Source of the DNA: a virus | IMG/VR virus record: IMGVR_UViG_3300005614_000040 | Coordinates: 1-64,000 of that record | DNA length: 64,000 nt | Direction: 5' to 3' (one strand) | Shown here: positions 55,714 through 64,000 of the stretch, in pieces | How the letters are laid out: each line of letters opens with the position of its first letter | Numbering within the stretch: the first letter of the stretch is position 1 | Position numbers and translations under genes: made by a program | Notes under the pieces: generated by a model | The model's input: only the letters and a program-made list of their open reading frames with translations | Database searches by the model: none | What the model was told of the DNA's origin: nothing

Positions 55714-56447
55714 TAAGCACCTACTCTACCCGCGCGTCCGATCTGGCCCATGTTAGCCGATCCTTGTTGATCCATCTGAGCAATAATGGTGTGCTGGAGG
55801 AAGAGGTTCTTCTGGGTCTCGGTCATTCCATCATTAGCCGCAACGACCTGGCGCAAAAACATCTGGAGAGCAAAAGGAAAACGCTCATCGCCAAGATACT
55901 CATACGCCCAAGCCCGCATACCCAGGTTGTAGAGATAGCTGAGATAGTCCGGAATAGGTGCCCAGGTATCTTGGGTCGAAGTGAAGGTAGGCGCGCTTCT
56001 CTGGCAAAGTACGTTGACCGTATACGCTTGATCGGGAGGAGGCGATAGCCGTAAAGTGATATTACCGTTGTTGTCGTCAACCACCGCGCTTATCTGAGTA
56101 GGCTGGTTGGGCGTAGTTTCAAACCCGATATCAGTTTTGACTTCGAGTTCCACGGCCCCGGTTACGGGTTGACCAACAACGTTGGGGAGGTTCAACACCG
56201 CGCGTTCGATCCAGCCAAAGTTGGGAATGTTCACCACGTAGTCCTGCTTGCCTGGGGCGCAAGTAATGACCGGAGAGATTGTGCCGCGATTCCAACGCCA
56301 CGCAAAAGGAGGCGACAAAATAAACTGACGCACCCAATCCGCCCCGGAGAACGCCGGATCACCCTCGTTAGTGAAGGTCAAAGGGGCGTTGCGGACGAAT
56401 CGTTGCGTCAGTCTGATCGTTCTCTCTAAGGTGTTGGTTGAGGCCAT
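55713..56447 (-). CDS. virion structural protein
   Basis: The ORF is 244 aa and is coupled to its neighbours. Confidence 0.5.
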   Translation of the reverse strand: MASTNTLERTIRLTQRFVRNAPLTFTNEGDPAFSGADWVRQFILSPPFAWRWNRGTISPVITCAPGKQDYVVNIPNFGWIERAVLNLPNVVGQPVTGAVELEVKTDIGFETTPNQPTQISAVVDDNNGNITLRLSPPPDQAYTVNVLCQRSAPTFTSTQDTWAPIPDYLSYLYNLGMRAWAYEYLGDERFPFALQMFLRQVVAANDGMTETQKNLFLQHTIIAQMDQQGSANMGQIGRAGRVGA

Positions 56448-56453
56448 TCGGAA

Positions 56454-57011
56454 TTAAACGCCGGAAAGCAGACGTTCTTTTACTTTCTGCCGCTCCTCCG
56501 GTGCCAGCCGAGCGGTCATGGCTTTGATGGGGTCCATGAATTGCCTCTGCCCTGCGGCTGCGTCGAGATTGTCTCCACGCTTGCGGAAGTATTGCGAGTG
56601 CTCCGGGTACAGAGAACTGATTTCCTTGCCGCACTGACTGCAAATTCCGATGGTTTCGCCCGTGTCCAAGCGAATCTTCCAGAACGCTGATTCGCCGAAA
56701 CTACGGTTGCCATTGGCACCCTTCTCGTGCGGGCAGTTGTCCTGAGCGGCCTTGACCATGCGCCGCTTATCTTCTTCCTGCTGCTTGTTGGCGCGCCGGA
56801 ACTCTTCGTTATTGACCTCTTGCTTGGGGTCAACGTACGGCTTCCGCGACTCAATGATCGCCTGAACCAACTGCTCAAACTTGTCGTCCGGTTTCGCTTG
56901 TGCCGCGCCTGCTGCGGTGAGAAGCTGTTGAAGCTGATCCATCGAGAGGACGAGCGGCTGAGTAGCGAGGGCGGGCTGAGTGGCTGGAATTTCTTCTGAT
57001 TGTTTTGCCAT
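56454..57011 (-). CDS. hypothetical protein with Zn-binding motif
   Basis: It contains 'CPHEKG...CSQCGKE' and a coiled-coil N-terminus. Confidence 0.45.
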   Translation of the reverse strand: MAKQSEEIPATQPALATQPLVLSMDQLQQLLTAAGAAQAKPDDKFEQLVQAIIESRKPYVDPKQEVNNEEFRRANKQQEEDKRRMVKAAQDNCPHEKGANGNRSFGESAFWKIRLDTGETIGICSQCGKEISSLYPEHSQYFRKRGDNLDAAAGQRQFMDPIKAMTARLAPEERQKVKERLLSGV

Positions 57012-57049
57012 TTTCTTCTTCCTGCCTTAATCCAAGGCAACGGAGGTTT

Positions 57050-57727
57050 TTACATCTCACACTGATTACGGTACGCGTACAGACGGCGATACCATACTTC
57101 TGAAGCCAGGTTCTCGGGCGGGCGGCCAAACATACTTTCAGCATCGGCTTGGCTTATCATTCCAGCCAAGATGCAACGAAGCAGGGGTGTGCGCCAACCG
57201 CGCTTCTTTTCTTTGATTGGGAAGTCGCGCTCATCGAACTCATACAGGCTGAACTCGGGCATGATCCCGGACTCGACGTACCAAAGATACCGATACCCAA
57301 GCGGTTGAAACTCGGGGTGGGTATCCATGATGTAGACCGAAATGTCGCCCTCGATCTTGCCGGGAATCCAACGTAGCCCGGGCAGCAACTTCTGGAGTTT
57401 TTCCAGAAACTCGTGTGCCCACATAACCTTCCCGATGCGTGCGATCTCGCAGCGAAGGGAGTCCATGTAGACGGGACGGAGTTTCTTGAGCGCGTCAGAG
57501 TTGTTGTTGCGCTCGCGCATCATCGCCGTGTTCTCATCGATGCTGAGAGACGGCGTGGACTCGCAAGCGATACAGCGAATAGCCCTACCATCCTTGGTAG
57601 AGCTATCGCGTCGAAAACGATTGGAGGGTAAAATCCTGAAACAGCAGCAACACTCGCGGCCCAGGAGTTCTTCCGATTCAACAATGTTGCGATCAACAAT
57701 GTTGTCTGAATCGTATATGTTGTGCAT
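57050..57727 (-). CDS. hypothetical Cys-cluster protein
   Basis: It contains 'CCCCFR...CIACES'. Confidence 0.45.
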   Translation of the reverse strand: MHNIYDSDNIVDRNIVESEELLGRECCCCFRILPSNRFRRDSSTKDGRAIRCIACESTPSLSIDENTAMMRERNNNSDALKKLRPVYMDSLRCEIARIGKVMWAHEFLEKLQKLLPGLRWIPGKIEGDISVYIMDTHPEFQPLGYRYLWYVESGIMPEFSLYEFDERDFPIKEKKRGWRTPLLRCILAGMISQADAESMFGRPPENLASEVWYRRLYAYRNQCEM

Positions 57728-57730
57728 GGA

Positions 57731-58435
57731 TTAGTAGTCGCTGAGCGAGAATTCTGTCACTTGGACGGTGTTGCCTGCGTTCGAGGCGTTCCACTTCGAA
57801 CTGACCACGAACTGCAGATTGGATACGGCTGCAGCAGAAACTTCGGTAACGGCGGTGCCGCCCACAACGGTAGCAGCCACACCAGCCGGAACAATGAAGC
57901 TTCCGGACTCAATAACACCGTCGAGCTTGCCTGTGGTGATATCCCACATCAGCTTGAACGAAGCTGAGAACTTGCCGGAGACCGCACCGAAGTTGCCCGA
58001 CGTTCCTGTGGTCAACGCGGCCGAAATAACGCTGTCGCTGCCGATGGTTGCCGAGCTACCAAGGTAGAGGCTGATTTTCAGGTCGTTCGAGGCCACGCCG
58101 GAGGTGAACAATCCGTTGACACGGAGTACGAAAGGCACGCCGTTGAACGCGTTCGGGCCGTGGAACGGCTGATCGGTCGAGCCAATCGGAGGTCCGTAGA
58201 AACGGCCGGACTTGCTGATGATGGCTGGGTTTCCGGAGGTGTTAAGCGGAGACGCCGAACCAACACCTGTGGTTGTCCCTGGAACACCAGTCGGAACCGA
58301 GAGGACGGCCGGGGTGGTGCCCGTGTCCGTGTTCATCAGAACGATGGTTTCTGTGGTTGTGGAAAGGACTTGCGCAGGGATTTGATTGCGGCCAGTTCCG
58401 GCGTAGATCGCAGCAAATGTTGATGGGGATGGCAT
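57731..58435 (-). CDS. virion structural protein (possible tail tube/fiber component)
   Basis: The ORF is 234 aa and Gly/Thr/Ser/Val-rich. Confidence 0.5.
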   Translation of the reverse strand: MPSPSTFAAIYAGTGRNQIPAQVLSTTTETIVLMNTDTGTTPAVLSVPTGVPGTTTGVGSASPLNTSGNPAIISKSGRFYGPPIGSTDQPFHGPNAFNGVPFVLRVNGLFTSGVASNDLKISLYLGSSATIGSDSVISAALTTGTSGNFGAVSGKFSASFKLMWDITTGKLDGVIESGSFIVPAGVAATVVGGTAVTEVSAAAVSNLQFVVSSKWNASNAGNTVQVTEFSLSDY

Positions 58436-58471
58436 ATTTACCTTCTAAGAATCTTGGCCGCTACGGGCGAG

Positions 58472-59125
58472 TTACGAAACTGTGTCGGGTCGTGAGTCGG
58501 ACGACTTCATGGGACGGTAGATGGGTTGAACTCCGATGCGGCCATTTCTCACGTAAACAGCAACTACGCCGCCAGGCTCAACCAAGCAAGATGTGTGGCC
58601 AGAACCCCACAGATCGCCGAGTTCGTGAACGATGGAACTATGCGCGATAATCAAACCGGGGAGGCCCGCGTCATCGGCCATTCCGAACGCTTCCCAGATG
58701 GCCGGATCAACCCGTCCTTTGAAGTTGTTCAGGCTTTCGCCGCCAGGGATTTTCTCATCAGGACTATCGAGATAGACTTGAAGGGCCTCGACGTTGGCTT
58801 TGTTTCGGGGTTTGCCGGAAAAATCACCTACGTCGAGCGCGCGCAACAGAGGCGATGTGTGCTTGGGAAGGTCTTGGCCTTCGTGGATGATGTTGGCCGT
58901 TTGCGACGCCCGAACTCTATCCGAGCCGATGATAAAGGAGAGAGGTATATCAGCAAACAACGTCTTGAGGTGGTGAGCGTCTTTAATTCCATTGGCGTTC
59001 AACGGGACATCTTTGTTGCCCCGGAAACACCCCTCTGCGTTCAGCACTGTTTGCCCGTGGCGGGCTACGTATAAGACGACGAGTTCAGGGGCGGTGGCCA
59101 AGCTATCGGTTGTCGATGACTTCAT
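58472..59125 (-). CDS. histidine phosphatase superfamily (phosphoglycerate mutase-like) protein
   Basis: It has 'LYVARHGQTVLN' (the RHG catalytic motif) and a C-terminal 'AHSSIVHELG' consistent with a second catalytic His. Confidence 0.7.
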   Translation of the reverse strand: MKSSTTDSLATAPELVVLYVARHGQTVLNAEGCFRGNKDVPLNANGIKDAHHLKTLFADIPLSFIIGSDRVRASQTANIIHEGQDLPKHTSPLLRALDVGDFSGKPRNKANVEALQVYLDSPDEKIPGGESLNNFKGRVDPAIWEAFGMADDAGLPGLIIAHSSIVHELGDLWGSGHTSCLVEPGGVVAVYVRNGRIGVQPIYRPMKSSDSRPDTVS

Positions 59126-59408
59126 GGGATAGGCTCTGCGTAGTTACGCTGGCAACGGAAGCTCCCATGTGCTGGGGTTCCTCGACCGCCTGTTCGACGA
59201 CCGCGAGAATTTCGTGCCTGGCTTCGTGGTCGGCTTTTACTTCCGCCAGAATCCCCACCAGGTCTTTGTGCTGAACCTCGGGATAGCCCTTGACATACAT
59301 GATGTCTACTGCGGCCTTGCGCCCGCGCGGATCAGCGTTTTCGTTCAGAGCAAGCGCAAGCAAAATCTGACCGGGGAGGTGTTTGAGTTGGTCGTCGATG
59401 GATATCAT
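59103..59408 (-). CDS. hypothetical protein
   Basis: The ORF is 101 aa and overlaps its neighbours at both ends. Confidence 0.35.
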   Translation of the reverse strand: MISIDDQLKHLPGQILLALALNENADPRGRKAAVDIMYVKGYPEVQHKDLVGILAEVKADHEARHEILAVVEQAVEEPQHMGASVASVTTQSLSHEVIDNR

Positions 59409-59839
59409 TAGGCCGCGAGAATAAATTCTATGGGAGTGGCAGCCAAGGCCGCTGTAACTGAGAGAGCGGTGATGCCGTTTGAGGTATTGGTTTCGCTGAA
59501 GAGGATCATTCCCCCGGGGGCCAGCGTAATGACGGTTTGGGTGCTGCCGCCGTTAGGTGTCCAAGACGCCGTGAGGTTAGCCCCGATACCTGTGGCAAGA
59601 TTGCGTAGATAAAGGAACTGGACGGGGGACCCGGGCAAGGTTAAGCTAACGGGAGAAGTGCCAATCAACTGCGATTGCGTGAACCCGGAGTTCGTGCCCG
59701 TGTAGGTCGAGTTGACCGTCTTAGACAGGGAGGTATCGCCGGAGACGTTGTCCGTGAGTTGAACACTCCCGACTAGAGATGCGGTAACTGACATGGATTC
59801 CTCATAAAACGCCAGAACCACGGGGATACCCCGTAGCAA
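59408..59839 (-). CDS. virion structural protein
   Basis: It is Thr/Ser/Gly-rich; a likely internal start is 'MSVTASL'. Confidence 0.45.
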   Translation of the reverse strand: MLRGIPVVLAFYEESMSVTASLVGSVQLTDNVSGDTSLSKTVNSTYTGTNSGFTQSQLIGTSPVSLTLPGSPVQFLYLRNLATGIGANLTASWTPNGGSTQTVITLAPGGMILFSETNTSNGITALSVTAALAATPIEFILAA

Positions 59840-60011
59840 GGTCTAACGCAGGTTTGGCCCGCGTCGTCAAAATTTTTGAAGGGAGTTGGGATCGCCGACT
59901 CTGTCCAGAAAATGGACGGCGCGAACCTGCGAAATCATAGCCCTATATCCGGCCAAGGATTTCGGATTCTGAGTTGGGTGGGACCGTGATTCTGGCCGCC
60001 AGGGGCAGAAA

Positions 60012-60404
60012 CTAACGGATGCGGGAACCTTCGTTGGAGTAGGCTACCGGGGCTACAGTGAAGGTGCCGCAGTTGTTCCAGTTCATACTGCCAGAAGAAA
60101 TGAAACGCTGCGGAACAATGAACTTGAAGTCCTCGGAGTATTCAAACTCGCGAGTCCACCCCTCCTTGAGGGGCGGAAAGCCCGGCGCGTAGTACAACCC
60201 TTTGTATTTTTCTGGGTTATCGAATATGTGCTTCTTGCGGATCGCGTCGTCGAAGTCCGCGCGCTTCTGCTTGAGAGCTTGTTCCTGGTCGTAGAGGTCT
60301 TTGGCCTGCCGGGCCTCGTCGGGGGTTAGCTGGATGACCTTAGCGGTCTGCGAGAAGGCGGGCAGGGAGAGAAACAGAAAAAGGAGAAGAAATTTCATTA
60401 GCAT
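60012..60404 (-). CDS. secreted protein
   Basis: It has the signal peptide 'MLMKFLLLFLFLSLPAFSQ'. Confidence 0.45.
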   Translation of the reverse strand: MLMKFLLLFLFLSLPAFSQTAKVIQLTPDEARQAKDLYDQEQALKQKRADFDDAIRKKHIFDNPEKYKGLYYAPGFPPLKEGWTREFEYSEDFKFIVPQRFISSGSMNWNNCGTFTVAPVAYSNEGSRIR

Positions 60405-60579
60405 CCGGATGCTGCGGGTTGAACGCGCCGCCACTGCAACCATCGAACGATCAATCCGCTTGATCCGCCCGGGTCAGTGATGGTCGTTTCGTGCATAGAT
60501 TCTTTTAGAAAATGTTCGTCGCCGAGGTTACGTTCGCACTGGTAAACGGCCCCAGCGACTTCTATCTGTGCGGTGCATT

Positions 60580-60828
60580 TCATGCTCTGAAAACTTTCAG
60601 GATAAAGGTGCGGCGCTTAGTGTTAAAGAAAACTACCATCATATCGGTGATGCCCGCTGGGTCCCAAACCGTGGCTTCGTGATTGGACCAACCGACGTAG
60701 TTCAAGCCAAGGTAGTTCGGCGAGCACGGGGCGGTGTTTTTGTGGTGCTCAAACTGCCAGGTGACGTGATAGGTGCGGCCGGGAAAAGGTGAGGATTTCA
60801 TTGCTGGGTTTCCATCTCTTGTAGCCAC
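60580..60828 (-). CDS. hypothetical protein
   Basis: The ORF is 82 aa. Confidence 0.35.
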   Translation of the reverse strand: MATRDGNPAMKSSPFPGRTYHVTWQFEHHKNTAPCSPNYLGLNYVGWSNHEATVWDPAGITDMMVVFFNTKRRTFILKVFRA

Positions 60829-61301
60829 TCGGCCAACCTGAATAGTTCTGCGGAGGTGGCTTGCTGCTTCATCCGATTTGCACGAAACGAGATAATCGCG
60901 ACATTACCCTTGACATATCCGAGTTCGGGGCGGATACGGTCGCAGCTAGGAGCGTTGTCGTGGAAGCTTTTTACGCCGCGCTCGAATGGAGTGCCAAACA
61001 CCGGACAAACGTCCGGAATCACAAAATCTTCTTTGGTCAAATTGAACGGCAAGCCATTTTTCTTGGCACGTTGTTTGCAAGCGTTCAAAAGATAAATTTC
61101 GGGGTGTTCGACGTAGTACTTCTTCTGGCGAGCCGCGTATTTAGTGAGATTCTTTTTCCGGTGACGACGAACCTTCTCTCGGTTCATCTCGGGGTCTTTG
61201 TAGGGCATGATTCCTCGAAGGTGAGTCGGCCGGGCGGCCTTCGAGTTCCACCCGGCTTTCTCTTGGTTCATCACGGTTGCATCCGTGAATTTCGCTGACA
61301 T
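60798..61301 (-). CDS. HNH endonuclease (AP2/NUMOD-type) adjacent to capsid gene
   Basis: It has 'CPVFGTPFERG...APSCDRIRPELGYVKGNVAIIS..AN', matching the HNH_3 family pattern. Confidence 0.6.
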   Translation of the reverse strand: MSAKFTDATVMNQEKAGWNSKAARPTHLRGIMPYKDPEMNREKVRRHRKKNLTKYAARQKKYYVEHPEIYLLNACKQRAKKNGLPFNLTKEDFVIPDVCPVFGTPFERGVKSFHDNAPSCDRIRPELGYVKGNVAIISFRANRMKQQATSAELFRLAEWLQEMETQQ

Positions 61302-61340
61302 TTTCCATTGTAACAGCTACTTAGGAAAATGTCAAGAGGT

Positions 61341-62330
61341 TTAGCTAGACGACGTTTCCGATTGTAGCCTGCGGATCGTCATTGTCGAGCCTGGACGGAG
61401 ACAGGTGGTGAACTTAATGTTATAGCTGACCCAGCCACCGATCATACGCGCCGGGTCCGAAGTCGAGCCGTTGGCCGGAGACTCCTGGATCATCAGCTTG
61501 TAGTTGCGCTCACCGTTGTCCGGGTTCTTGCCGAGGAACACCGCGAACATCGCGTCATCAGCGAAGATGTACGTGTTGTAGTAGGTGTTGCCGCCGATGG
61601 TCACCGAAGGCGCGGTCGAGGTCTGCTTGAACTTCACGCCGCCGAACTCGATAACATCCTCGTTCGAAAGCGGAGCCAACAGCTTCTCGCGGGTTGCGTC
61701 GCCACGCTTCAAGATGTCCGTGAGACCGTTGATGCTGGTGTCGTTGAGAACGTCACGAGCAACGAGCGGGGACATGATGCCGCCGAAGTAGCCGTCAGCA
61801 TACAACGGACGAGCGTTGATGTTGACCAACTGCTGGGCTGCGGAGCGAATGTTGTTGACGGTCAGGTACGAACCGTTGGCCAACTGGATGTTGACCGTGG
61901 AGTCGACACCAACTGCCGAGTCCGCCGTGTACTGAACGAGGGTGTTCAGGGTGAGGGCGAGACGGTAGTTGAGTTCGACTGACAGGTTGTTCAACAGCCC
62001 TGGCTCGTCGATTGCGACATCGAGCGCGAGGTCAGACGCGTTGATGTAGTCAGAGTACTGACCAACCGTCGCGTTGATTTTGGTGCTCGACTCGGTAATC
62101 GGAGAACCGACCGTACCTTCAGCCGACTGGTTGGTGTTGGCCGGAAGCAGCGAGTAGCTGTAGAACTGGATGTTGTTACCCGACTTCATCGGGAGGGGCC
62201 ACTGCTTGGCCATGCCGAGGAAGGGCGTGTTCGCCTTGAGGTTCGGGATCGCCTTGCGCTCGTAGTACGTCGCAAGAAGGTTCGGGAGTTGTCCCGACGT
62301 AACGGTGATTGATGCTGGAGTATAACTCAT
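61341..62330 (-). CDS. major capsid protein (putative)
   Basis: The ORF is 329 aa and lies directly downstream of the scaffold-like gene. The call rests on position and size only. Confidence 0.55.
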   Translation of the reverse strand: MSYTPASITVTSGQLPNLLATYYERKAIPNLKANTPFLGMAKQWPLPMKSGNNIQFYSYSLLPANTNQSAEGTVGSPITESSTKINATVGQYSDYINASDLALDVAIDEPGLLNNLSVELNYRLALTLNTLVQYTADSAVGVDSTVNIQLANGSYLTVNNIRSAAQQLVNINARPLYADGYFGGIMSPLVARDVLNDTSINGLTDILKRGDATREKLLAPLSNEDVIEFGGVKFKQTSTAPSVTIGGNTYYNTYIFADDAMFAVFLGKNPDNGERNYKLMIQESPANGSTSDPARMIGGWVSYNIKFTTCLRPGSTMTIRRLQSETSSS

Positions 62331-62352
62331 TGAGTTGATTCAAGCGCAAACC

Positions 62353-63522
62353 CTAACGACTTCTGGCGCGATTCTGGCGCAGGTTGTTCATCACTGCCTC
62401 CAAATCCGCATCAGAAAGGTTGTCAGGATTATCGACTGAGGGCGCTGCTTCAGGGGCGGGTGCCGGGGCGTTGCCCGTGACTCGCAAACCTAAATTAGCC
62501 GCTCTCGGACGCTCTACCGGAGGGATCGCTCGCGGTGGAACGGGTGCCGCCGGGGGTGCCGGGGGCTGCGGTGTAACCGCCACTGGCGCGGGAGTTGGCT
62601 CCGGCGTCGGTGTGGAGGCAGCAGGCTTCACAAGGAGCAATCCGCTCTCATTGAGATCATCCTTTGCTGCTTCCAAATTCTCTAAGCTCCAGAATCCCTG
62701 CTCTTGCAGGTCTTCAACCGTTTGGCTGGCATTGGCCTTGGTCACAGAACGATTGAGATACTGGCGACCCATGTAGCGGACCATCGTGAGATAGTTCTTG
62801 CCTTCTGAGTCTGGATAAAAATCTTTGTTGGCCTCGACGAAACGAAAGGCTGTTGCATCGGCCAAGCCTTGGGTCGTGAGACGGCGCGTGTTCACGGTTT
62901 CATTAAGGCGCTGAGCCAGTTGCTCGGGCTTCAAACCGAAACGCTTCTCGTTGTAGTAGTCCATCGCCCGGATGGGGTCGGATTCGAGGAGGGTTTTGAA
63001 CTCGAAACTTTCGTCAGCGTTCAGCGCGCGCACGGTGACGGGCTGCGCGGACGACACTGGTATAGGAGGTGCAGCCGGGGTCGGATCGCCGAGCTTCAAC
63101 TTTTCGTCCTGCTGGCGAATCTTCTTGGTTGCATGAAGCTGGGCTTTGCCGAAGTTCACGAACAGGTCATCTTTGGTCTTGCCGTAGTAGACCTGGTCTT
63201 TGATTCCGTCCAACTTCAGAGTTGCCTGCCAGCCCTTGCTTCCTTTCTCAAGGATAAGGGTTCCTCCGCCATCGACGGGAAAAACACGGGGACCTTCCGG
63301 TTCTGGTTCGGGTGCTGGTTCGGAGGGCGCAACTGGCTCGGGCGCGGCTTCAACTGGGATCGGGGTGCCCGGCGCATCCGGCGCGTCGGGCGCGGGGGTG
63401 TCCGGAGTGCCGAAGCCTTCGGTCGCTGCAATCTGTGTGAGGTCTTGGAAATACTCGCTCTCACGGCCAAGGGGTTGGAATGGGTCGAGCCAAGGGTTCG
63501 GCGTAACTGTTGGTGATGACAT
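62353..63522 (-). CDS. scaffolding protein (putative)
   Basis: Pro/Ala/Glu-rich termini flank a central helical region, and the gene precedes the capsid gene. Confidence 0.5.
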   Translation of the reverse strand: MSSPTVTPNPWLDPFQPLGRESEYFQDLTQIAATEGFGTPDTPAPDAPDAPGTPIPVEAAPEPVAPSEPAPEPEPEGPRVFPVDGGGTLILEKGSKGWQATLKLDGIKDQVYYGKTKDDLFVNFGKAQLHATKKIRQQDEKLKLGDPTPAAPPIPVSSAQPVTVRALNADESFEFKTLLESDPIRAMDYYNEKRFGLKPEQLAQRLNETVNTRRLTTQGLADATAFRFVEANKDFYPDSEGKNYLTMVRYMGRQYLNRSVTKANASQTVEDLQEQGFWSLENLEAAKDDLNESGLLLVKPAASTPTPEPTPAPVAVTPQPPAPPAAPVPPRAIPPVERPRAANLGLRVTGNAPAPAPEAAPSVDNPDNLSDADLEAVMNNLRQNRARSR

Positions 63523-63612
63523 GAGTCCTTTTTCCCGCCGTAATCCACGGCGACGGAGATAACGGGAAATATCTTGCGCAAAAATGGTGCTATTTGCGCC
63601 TTTTACTTCCCT

Positions 63613-64000
63613 TTACAACATTTCGAGTATTGCGCCTGCTTGTTGTTTTCGTTCGATCAGATAGGGTCGGATAGAGGTCAACAGCGCTCGGGTGTCGCCG
63701 CCTATTGGCGTGTCAAAACCTTTCGCGTCAACCAGGCCCGCCCAATACTGGAGTCGAATCGTCTTGTTGGGTAGAGCTTTCAACTCGTCGGCCAGGAGTT
63801 CGGCGTCGAGACCGACCAGCTTCCAGAAATAAGCGTCGGTGCCGTCAGCGCGTCGTACCTTCTGGAACTCTCCGCCGAAGTTCACTTGCAGCCATCGGCA
63901 GACTTTCCGGCTGGTCAGGCCCGTGCGGACAATGTGCCGAAACTCATAGAGAATCCCGTCGTCGATGCCAACAAATCCGTCAGCGTCAAGTAATCCGGAG
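63613..64000 (-). CDS. C-terminal part of upstream structural gene (portal-like by position), truncated by window end
   Basis: An in-frame ORF on the minus strand runs to the window edge, with its stop at 63613. Confidence 0.3.
   Translation of the reverse strand, partial: SGLLDADGFVGIDDGILYEFRHIVRTGLTSRKVCRWLQVNFGGEFQKVRRADGTDAYFWKLVGLDAELLADELKALPNKTIRLQYWAGLVDAKGFDTPIGGDTRALLTSIRPYLIERKQQAGAILEML

Noticed and set aside
61341-62330. Attempt to assign the capsid protein to a specific HK97, T7 or lambda-E family
   Set aside because: No convincing motif-level similarity could be read by eye. The capsid call rests on gene order (after the scaffold) and size only.
1-64000. CRISPR array, tRNA/rRNA genes, or diversity-generating retroelement
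   Set aside because: No spaced direct repeats were seen, and no GTTCGAATC-type T-arm or clover-leaf candidates were found in the few intergenic regions. No reverse-transcriptase motif (YxDD) appears in any ORF. The paralogous N-termini of 49257-51197 and 51197-52798 are diverged gene duplicates, not template or variable repeats.

Overview
This 64 kb window looks like a large contiguous piece of a high-GC (~58-60%) tailed dsDNA phage or prophage genome, organised as two convergent transcription arms. Positions 1-31.6 kb are almost entirely on the + strand. They carry early, replication, recombination and nucleotide-metabolism functions: family-A DNA polymerase with 3'-5' exonuclease, tyrosine integrase, clamp loader and DnaN-like sliding clamp, CHC2-TOPRIM-DnaB primase-helicase, ERF annealase, SSB, Cas4-like exonuclease, endonuclease VII and Hjc-like resolvases, three HNH endonucleases, two DNA methyltransferases, MazG, a dNMP-kinase-like P-loop protein, a YfbR-like HD nucleotidase and a SpoT-like (p)ppGpp hydrolase. 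Positions 31.8-64 kb are entirely on the - strand and carry the virion and lysis module: a C-terminal portal-like fragment, scaffold, major capsid protein, many structural proteins, a lambda-R-type lytic transglycosylase, secreted beta-helix proteins, and a T7-like gp14/gp15/gp16-style trio of internal core proteins including a 2082-aa giant. The arms meet at a strong bidirectional rho-independent terminator near 31.81-31.83 kb. The most unusual content is a cassette in the early arm (4.3-12.3 kb) that is not normal phage equipment. It comprises a full-length major-vault-protein (MVP)-like protein with vault repeats, shoulder and cap-helix regions, two coiled-coil proteins (one membrane-anchored), a membrane-anchored periplasmic substrate-binding-like protein fused to an OmpA_C peptidoglycan-binding domain, and a translationally coupled NitT/TauT-type ABC permease and ATPase. 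No rRNA, tRNA, CRISPR array or reverse transcriptase was recognised. Many ORFs in the six-frame track that overlap genes on the opposite strand are treated as spurious high-GC artefacts.
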